From: a virus
Taxonomy: Duplodnaviria > Caudoviricetes
Strand: one strand, 5' to 3'
IMG/VR virus record: IMGVR_UViG_3300028833_000006
Span: 32,001 to 96,000 of that record
Length of the DNA: 64,000 nucleotides
Each line of letters opens with the position of its first letter. Position 1 is the first letter of the stretch. A model generated the notes under the pieces. The model searched no databases. It saw nothing but the letters and a program-made list of their open reading frames with translations, and had not been told where the DNA came from. Positions 58,505 through 64,000 of the stretch are shown in pieces. Made by a program: the position numbers and the translations under genes.

Positions 58505-58845
58505 ATATGTAAATCACCCCATATTATTTTTAGAAAGGACACCATACTGCATTCTCGCATTCCTATATGATGAGCGTGTTCGTGATACACAGGAAATGAT
58601 GCATTACACACGACCGCTGAAACCTTGTATGAAATCCGCAACCCTAGTGGTGTTGGGAAATACCTAACTACGTAGTATAGGACAACTTCGGAATTACCTA
58701 TAACCTATACATGCTAAATCGCTTTATCGAAACCGTCCGTATCTCACTTAGTGCACACAACGTCTTGAATGCACATGTACGGCTTAATCTTCTCAAAAAG
58801 TTTTTCTATCAATGTTGTCATTATAACATTCTATACAATGTTTTG

Positions 58846-59142
58846 TCAACCCAAAACTTGCTTTAATTCCTTTAAATATGTCTGTATATTTATTAGAGTA
58901 GGCTCTTGTTGTGATGCTAAATCTATCACGTAATTTACCTGCTCTAACTTCCGCTCTGCGGCTAATGTTCGCCTATCCAACTCCTTATACAAATCAGTAG
59001 TTCTTAAATTTGCAAGCACTATCAGTTTCTCATCTTCACTTAATCCCAATGTCCTATTCTGTATTTCCTCTATCTCCATAGGGCTTAACTTCTTATCAAT
59101 CATTTGCACTATCCTCTCTGTCGTCACCACCAAATAAATCAC
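58846..59142 (-). CDS. Hypothetical protein
   Basis: ORF; probable start MIDKK. Confidence 0.5.
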   Translation of the reverse strand: MIYLVVTTERIVQMIDKKLSPMEIEEIQNRTLGLSEDEKLIVLANLRTTDLYKELDRRTLAAERKLEQVNYVIDLASQQEPTLINIQTYLKELKQVLG

Positions 59143-59314
59143 TTACAGACATATCAAAAAAATTTGCAATCTTTTTGATAAACCCAAAATTCAAACTATC
59201 CCAATTCTCTACTCTACTTATATATCCAACGGAACAACCAATGGCTGTCTCTAAATCGCTCATCTTCAACTTGCGCTCTTTCAACATTGCCTTTATTCTC
59301 TCATAAACACCCAT
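59096..59314 (-). CDS. XRE-family HTH transcriptional regulator
   Basis: ERIKAMLKERKLKMSDLETAIGCSVGYISRVE...KIANFFDMSVSDL. Confidence 0.75.
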   Translation of the reverse strand: MGVYERIKAMLKERKLKMSDLETAIGCSVGYISRVENWDSLNFGFIKKIANFFDMSVSDLFGGDDREDSAND

Positions 59315-59323
59315 ACTATCACC

Positions 59324-59668
59324 TCAACTCTCACTCAAATGCTCAACAAGTATCTTAAACAATCTCTCATCTATGACATAATAGTTCTCGCTACCTTCGC
59401 CATAATTAAAACATAATGCTGAATATTCTTTACCAGTCTCAAACGCTTCTTCTCTGTTCTTCTTTAGCCACTCGTGCTTTATAGCAAAGGATTTTTTCTC
59501 CTCAATACATGTCTTACACTCTATCAAAAATATATTACTGACAGCAACGTCACCACCAACAAATTTAGCCGCACCACTATTCGGAACTGTTTTTCCACCA
59601 AGTGTCTTAGCAACCTTTTTTTCCATATTACTTGAATAAAATCTTGTGGGTCTTCTTTTATTGTCCAA
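59324..59668 (-). CDS. Holliday-junction resolvase-like PD-(D/E)xK nuclease
   Basis: EKKVAK...NSGA...GD...IECK. Confidence 0.65.
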   Translation of the reverse strand: MDNKRRPTRFYSSNMEKKVAKTLGGKTVPNSGAAKFVGGDVAVSNIFLIECKTCIEEKKSFAIKHEWLKKNREEAFETGKEYSALCFNYGEGSENYYVIDERLFKILVEHLSES

Positions 59669-59678
59669 TAATTTACCC

Positions 59679-59912
59679 TCACTTCTTTACGAGTATATAT
59701 CCATTTGATAATGCCTTTAGCACACAATCTAATGCATCATAAACATCTTTTGTTATTTTAATATTCACCATTTCAGTATCTACGGTCGGAACGGTCTGCA
59801 TACGCAACTGATTACAAGCCCACTCCAAACTATCTTCCCATTTACTATGTGCTAACATATCACACCACCTCCGCATTCTCAAATACAACACCATTGCCCA
59901 AACTTCTAGCAA
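59679..59912 (-). CDS. Hypothetical protein
   Basis: ORF; start uncertain. Confidence 0.4.
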   Translation of the reverse strand: MLEVWAMVLYLRMRRWCDMLAHSKWEDSLEWACNQLRMQTVPTVDTEMVNIKITKDVYDALDCVLKALSNGYILVKK

Positions 59913-60054
59913 CTTCTATTGCTCTATCTATGGTCTCATATGTACCATAGAACCAAAACTCAGCACTATCTGCTCTAGCAACTGTATATGGCTCTAGTTC
60001 ATAACTCGGGAAATTCTTTAATGTCACTTCTGTCTTAATTTTCTTATTTGCCAT
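59860..60054 (-). CDS. Hypothetical protein
   Basis: FWFYGTYE motif. Confidence 0.5.
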   Translation of the reverse strand: MANKKIKTEVTLKNFPSYELEPYTVARADSAEFWFYGTYETIDRAIEVARSLGNGVVFENAEVV

Positions 60055-60206
60055 GCTACTCTTCCTCCAATAATTTCTTTAACGTGTCAGCATCTATCTT
60101 CAATAATTTTGCACTATCGACCAAATTATCAAAATCACAATCCTCAATAATATCATATGCTTGTGTCTTGCTCATTCTCCTATCGTTGCACAAAATACTT
60201 GCAATC

Positions 60207-60833
60207 TTAATTCTCTGATATGGTGTTGTCATCTACTTCCTCACATTCCTTTATTGCCGATTTGGGTATCCACCCAACCCAATGTATATTAACTAACTGC
60301 TCTGCTATACTATCAACATCATCAACATCTGCCACAATACCAACTTTATGTATACACTCTATACCCAATCCGTATTTTCTACTAACGGGATTTGATAATG
60401 TCTTACCACAACGCATACAACGGATTATAGGTAATGCTTCACCTTTTAAAGACATTTTAACCATACCCTTTGTTTGCTCCAATACCTCACCAACCATATT
60501 GACTAATGGCATGGGATTATCATTATTCCATTTAGCCATAAAATCAAATTCTAACGTGGCTTTTTTGGTCATATAACTCTTTACGAATATGCGGTATACA
60601 TTTCCATTAACAAACTCATTAGAATTAGTTTTTGGGGCAATTTTAATGGGTTCTGCGCTAGGCTGAGTACCAGTAATATCTACTGGTACTCTCCTAGGCT
60701 GTACGCTATGCTTAAGAGATATCGTTTGACTTTTAGTAAAGTCAATATCGTCAACACTGACAGCAATGTCATTTATCTCAATTGACCCACCCCAACTTGA
60801 TATTGAATTTTTCAAAATCTCCAACTCATTCAT
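60207..60833 (-). CDS. Zinc-finger (DUF6011-like) domain protein
   Basis: CMRCGKTLSNPVSRKYGLGIEC and WIPKSAI. Confidence 0.6.
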   Translation of the reverse strand: MNELEILKNSISSWGGSIEINDIAVSVDDIDFTKSQTISLKHSVQPRRVPVDITGTQPSAEPIKIAPKTNSNEFVNGNVYRIFVKSYMTKKATLEFDFMAKWNNDNPMPLVNMVGEVLEQTKGMVKMSLKGEALPIIRCMRCGKTLSNPVSRKYGLGIECIHKVGIVADVDDVDSIAEQLVNIHWVGWIPKSAIKECEEVDDNTISEN

Positions 60834-61035
60834 CAAATATCTTCTCCGATAATGTGCATAGTGCATCCGTAACTACTATACCTATTACATTTATAGCCAT
60901 TGGCGATATGTTTACACCATCTTTCTCAGCGCATTCTGCACTGTGTGCTAACCTCGATACTACCTCATCTATAGTATCTTCAATGTAATCCGATAATGTA
61001 TTTTCGCTCAACAAAACAGTCCTATCAGTATTCAC
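60826..61035 (-). CDS. Hypothetical protein
   Basis: ORF track. Confidence 0.4.
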   Translation of the reverse strand: MNTDRTVLLSENTLSDYIEDTIDEVVSRLAHSAECAEKDGVNISPMAINVIGIVVTDALCTLSEKIFDE

Positions 61036-61517
61036 TACTTTTTATTCTCCCTCGGTAAAACTGCGACAGGTCTTTCTGACTGCTTAGGCATCTTCTCAAG
61101 TATCTGCATCATAACATTGCCAAGTCTATTGATTGACAACTCTATATTCTTTAACTGCTCGGCTATCTCTGAATTATTTGCTATTGTTGTCTCATCATTC
61201 TTGACAGTATTGTCAGTAGGTGTGCCATATCTAGGTACTTTATAAATATCTTTGAGATGGAATATTTCAAGTATCTTATCATAAAAATCTACGGTCACTC
61301 TACCAACACTAATATATTCAGTAGTGTCGAACACCTTATCAACTTCTTCCTTATATCTCACATAACTTGTTCTCATATTGCTAAATACTGAATCATTCAT
61401 ACCATTCAGTACACACTGTTTTGACATTACAAGCCCATTTGCATGACAATATGCAAGAACATCACTCCTCAATCTTGCTTCATCAACTATTACTACAGGT
61501 CTTTTTCCCACGTTCAT
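61035..61517 (-). CDS. Hypothetical protein
   Basis: AGGAGG RBS. Confidence 0.55.
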   Translation of the reverse strand: MNVGKRPVVIVDEARLRSDVLAYCHANGLVMSKQCVLNGMNDSVFSNMRTSYVRYKEEVDKVFDTTEYISVGRVTVDFYDKILEIFHLKDIYKVPRYGTPTDNTVKNDETTIANNSEIAEQLKNIELSINRLGNVMMQILEKMPKQSERPVAVLPRENKK

Positions 61518-61533
61518 CTTTAATCCTCCTTAA

Positions 61534-61746
61534 TTATTTCAAAATGTAATTTGCGTACTGACAAGTGTTTCCGTTACGGTCTTTAGTTACCTCAATCCTA
61601 GTCTCAATGTCATATCCATCCTCTCTAAGATTGAATATTATGGATGACAACCTTGTTGCCCCATACTGCTGAATTGCTTCCCAAGATGTAATACTACCCT
61701 TGTCCTTTAAGTGCTCAAGCACTTGCTGTGTTTTCGTTACTCGCAT
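61534..61746 (-). CDS. Winged HTH DNA-binding protein
   Basis: VLEHLKDKGSITSWEAIQQYGATRLSSIIFNLR. Confidence 0.7.
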   Translation of the reverse strand: MRVTKTQQVLEHLKDKGSITSWEAIQQYGATRLSSIIFNLREDGYDIETRIEVTKDRNGNTCQYANYILK

Positions 61747-61769
61747 TTTGTTACCCTCCTTTATTTAAC

Positions 61770-61970
61770 TTACACACCTATTCCACGGTCTGCATCTGAT
61801 ACTATCTCATCTACGTACCACGTAAGACCGTCAAGAACAATATTATCACCAACATTGAGTATCTTATTGGAATTTAACTCATTCCTATACTCATCACTTC
61901 TTGTGTTGGCTCTCTCACTTGAAATAATGTACTTTGCTCTAAACTTCATTTTGGTCTCTCCTTTCTTCAA
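61770..61970 (-). CDS. Hypothetical protein
   Basis: Follows a promoter; start probably MKFRA. Confidence 0.45.
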   Translation of the reverse strand: MKKGETKMKFRAKYIISSERANTRSDEYRNELNSNKILNVGDNIVLDGLTWYVDEIVSDADRGIGV

Positions 61971-62107
61971 TACCTATAAGCACCTCTCAAAACTATGTGT
62001 TTTTCAGTACCATAGTTATATTATCATAGTATATAATGTTTTGTCAACAAAAAATTGAGATATTTTTCAATTTTTTTTCAAATCTCAAAAACATCCCAAT
62101 TTTAAGC

Positions 62108-63130
62108 CTATTCTATGGTGTGTATTTTCTCATCTATCTTATTCTCAATCATCTTGAGTACATCTGTATGTTCTTCAAGATACTCGTATACCTTATTCAC
62201 CCCCTGCACTTTGGCTAACTCTTCTCCAGTCTCCGTATCAACTATAGCATACCAAGCACCGCTTTTAACTATCATATCCTCTTTAATAGATACTTCAACT
62301 AAATCCTTAAAGTAATCAATGCCATTGAGATAATTAAGTGTATAAAAACCTTGTCTCCTTAATGGTGGACATGTCTTATTCTTAACCATAGTAGCCATTA
62401 CATAATTACCTGCTGGATTTTCTGCACCTTTTGTAAGGTCATTCCCATTAGCATCAAAATACTTACCCATTCTAAACTCAATTCTGACACTTGTGTCATG
62501 TTTCCAACCACGACCACCAACAGTCTTCGTACCACCGAACATACTATCCAAATCGTCTCTCAACTGATTTATACCAATAAATGTACAATTATGCCTATGA
62601 CACAATCCAACCGCTTTAGCACTAAAATTAGTAAGTGCCATTGCTATACCGCCATATGTCCTTTCTGCAACTGACTTCTCCATTGCTTGATTAGATACCA
62701 TTACACCCAAACTATCGAGCACTACAAGCCCAACATCACCAGTATCTATCATGTCAAGAATAAATTGGAATATCTCTTCTGCGCCTTGATTAGTAGGCTG
62801 TAATAATATCAAATCCTCAACACTGACATTTAATTTACTCGCCCATACAAAATCAAGTGTATTCTCGCAATCTACCCATAATACCCTTCTTGCACCATCC
62901 ATACACTGATAATTTGCAACAATATCAAGTGATGAACTGCTTTTGCCACTATGCTCAGGGCCAGAAAACTCAATCAACTTACCCACAGGTAAACCACCAT
63001 ATGTCATATAGTTCAACCTCGGACTTGTGAATGGTATTCTATCATAGTCATATTTCGGTAAACCATTATGCACCAAATCTTCTTTAAATTTCTTGTTAAA
63101 GTCTTTCATTACCTCATCAATACTTGCCAT
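62108..63130 (-). CDS. recA: RecA-family recombinase
   Basis: GGLPVGKLIEFSGPEHSGKS, VVLDSLG, INQLR, GGRGWKH and KNKT. Confidence 0.92.
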   Translation of the reverse strand: MASIDEVMKDFNKKFKEDLVHNGLPKYDYDRIPFTSPRLNYMTYGGLPVGKLIEFSGPEHSGKSSSSLDIVANYQCMDGARRVLWVDCENTLDFVWASKLNVSVEDLILLQPTNQGAEEIFQFILDMIDTGDVGLVVLDSLGVMVSNQAMEKSVAERTYGGIAMALTNFSAKAVGLCHRHNCTFIGINQLRDDLDSMFGGTKTVGGRGWKHDTSVRIEFRMGKYFDANGNDLTKGAENPAGNYVMATMVKNKTCPPLRRQGFYTLNYLNGIDYFKDLVEVSIKEDMIVKSGAWYAIVDTETGEELAKVQGVNKVYEYLEEHTDVLKMIENKIDEKIHTIE

Positions 63131-63471
63131 TATATATCTCCTTCTTTTCTATGCAAACTATTTTCTGCACTAAAACCGTCTGGATATCTTGCTTTTAATT
63201 TGTCAATATTCATCTGCATAATATCAGACATTTCCCAACCACATGCTGTACAATACTCCGCAATAAACCAAAGTAAATCACCAAGTTCTTTTTTTCTATG
63301 CTCATCATTTTCTTCCACATGTCCTTGGTATCTTTTTTGATAGATAGAGTGTAACTCACCTATCTCACCAACCATACCATGCAATGCATGGTGCTCACAA
63401 TCTGCAAGTGTTCTTGTATCAAGTTGCATTGTCCTCTCCGCAAGTCTTTGATAATCTGATATTAACTCCAT
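63130..63471 (-). CDS. MazG-like nucleotide pyrophosphohydrolase
   Basis: GEIGE...KELGDLLW...NIDKLKARYP. Confidence 0.85.
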   Translation of the reverse strand: MELISDYQRLAERTMQLDTRTLADCEHHALHGMVGEIGELHSIYQKRYQGHVEENDEHRKKELGDLLWFIAEYCTACGWEMSDIMQMNIDKLKARYPDGFSAENSLHRKEGDI

Positions 63472-63495
63472 GTATATGCCTCCTAATAATTTTTA

Positions 63496-63567
63496 CAGCC
63501 CTTGTAGGATTCGAACCTACGAATACAAGAATCAAAATCTTGCGTCTTACCGCTTGACGAAAGGGCT
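63496..63567 (-). tRNA. tRNA-Gln(TTG)
   Basis: Acceptor AGCCCTT/AAGGGCT; anticodon arm CAAGA-TTTTGAT-TCTTG; GTTCGAATC T-loop; no encoded CCA. Confidence 0.9.
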
Positions 63568-63719
63568 AAATGCTAGTCTCTTCCTAGCAGTCAACTGCTC
63601 TCTTAACATACTGCTTGCTCATTTACGCAATCAAATCGAGCACTGTATACCGTGTATGCTTGGCATAGGTTTAGCGTGTACTGCATCCCCTCGGTCTCCT
63701 ATGGTACATCTCGACTACG

Positions 63720-63790
63720 CAGGAACAATAGGACTCGAACCTATATTTACGGTTTTGGAGACCGTTGTTCTACCATTGAACTATATCCCT
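63720..63790 (-). tRNA. tRNA-Trp(CCA)
   Basis: AGGGATA acceptor; ACGGT-CTCCAAA-ACCGT anticodon arm; GTTCGAGTC T-loop. Confidence 0.9.
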
Positions 63791-63915
63791 AAATGTGTAC
63801 TTATGAAGGGTGTACCACTTTCCACTTGAGGCTCATATTAATTTATATACCACACCAAAAGTTAATCAATAACTTTAACCCGTCGGTTGCACCCATAGCC
63901 ATCCGTGTGGTTTAT

Positions 63916-64000
63916 ATCTCGGGTAAGGATTCGAACCTTACACGGCACGTCAGAATAATGGATTCTTCTGTGTTCTCCAATGCCCCATCCGCATTTGCGT
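63916..64000 (-). ncRNA. tRNA-like RNA, paralog of 33049..33190 (truncated by window end)
   Basis: 3' end GTAAGGTTCGAATCCTTACCCGAGAT; long central region; ACGC (end of D-arm) at the window edge. Confidence 0.55.

Larger units (their letters stand above)
551..62498. repeat. Dispersed 14-bp palindrome TGACA-N4-TGTCA (at least 31 exact copies)
   Basis: Starts at 551, 2117, 3039, 3326, 7027, 7342, 9566, 14536, 15235, 16201, 16432, 19253, 20312; 48773, 49036, 49133, 49688, 50547, 51017, 52265, 53281, 54831, 55244, 55523, 55686, 56467, 57231, 58352, 60758, 61202, 62485. Confidence 0.92.

Noticed and set aside
551-62498. TGACA-N4-TGTCA as merely paired -35 boxes
   Set aside because: Most copies are inside ORFs, lack the first T of TTGACA and have no -10 box; the real promoter repeats do not contain the palindrome
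835-63829. All plus-strand ORFs in the track (e.g. 10075..11016, 8641..9231, 41996..42502, 63470..63829)
   Set aside because: They are antisense shadows of well-supported minus-strand genes or tRNAs, with no evident RBS or recognisable motifs

Overview
A 64-kb segment of a large tailed (siphovirus-like) phage of a low-GC Firmicutes-type host; essentially all genes are on the minus strand. From high to low coordinates: tRNA-Trp, tRNA-Gln and a tRNA-like RNA; MazG-like and RecA genes; a resolvase-like gene, HTH regulators and a complete DnaX/HolB/HolA clamp loader (54-64 kb). Next is an effector-like gene cluster with TerS and a TerL split by two ORF-less group I introns, followed by a free-standing HNH gene (38-54 kb). 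A ~23-kb accessory region of small genes is organised in units headed by a repeated promoter/operator element (22-45 kb), and an A118/SPP1-like head-tail module occupies 1-22 kb. Main observations: (1) at least 31 exact copies of a 14-bp palindrome TGACA-N4-TGTCA lie in coding and intergenic DNA of 0.5-20.3 kb and 48.8-62.5 kb, with none found in the 28 kb between. (2) Seven proteins share an N-terminal W[IV]T[IV]NGxH[IV]P leader fused to different enzymatic/toxin domains, and three Gly-initiated effectors occur, one next to a QueC-like enzyme. (3) Two paralogous tRNA-like RNAs have expanded central regions. All assignments are from motif recognition by eye; no searches were run.
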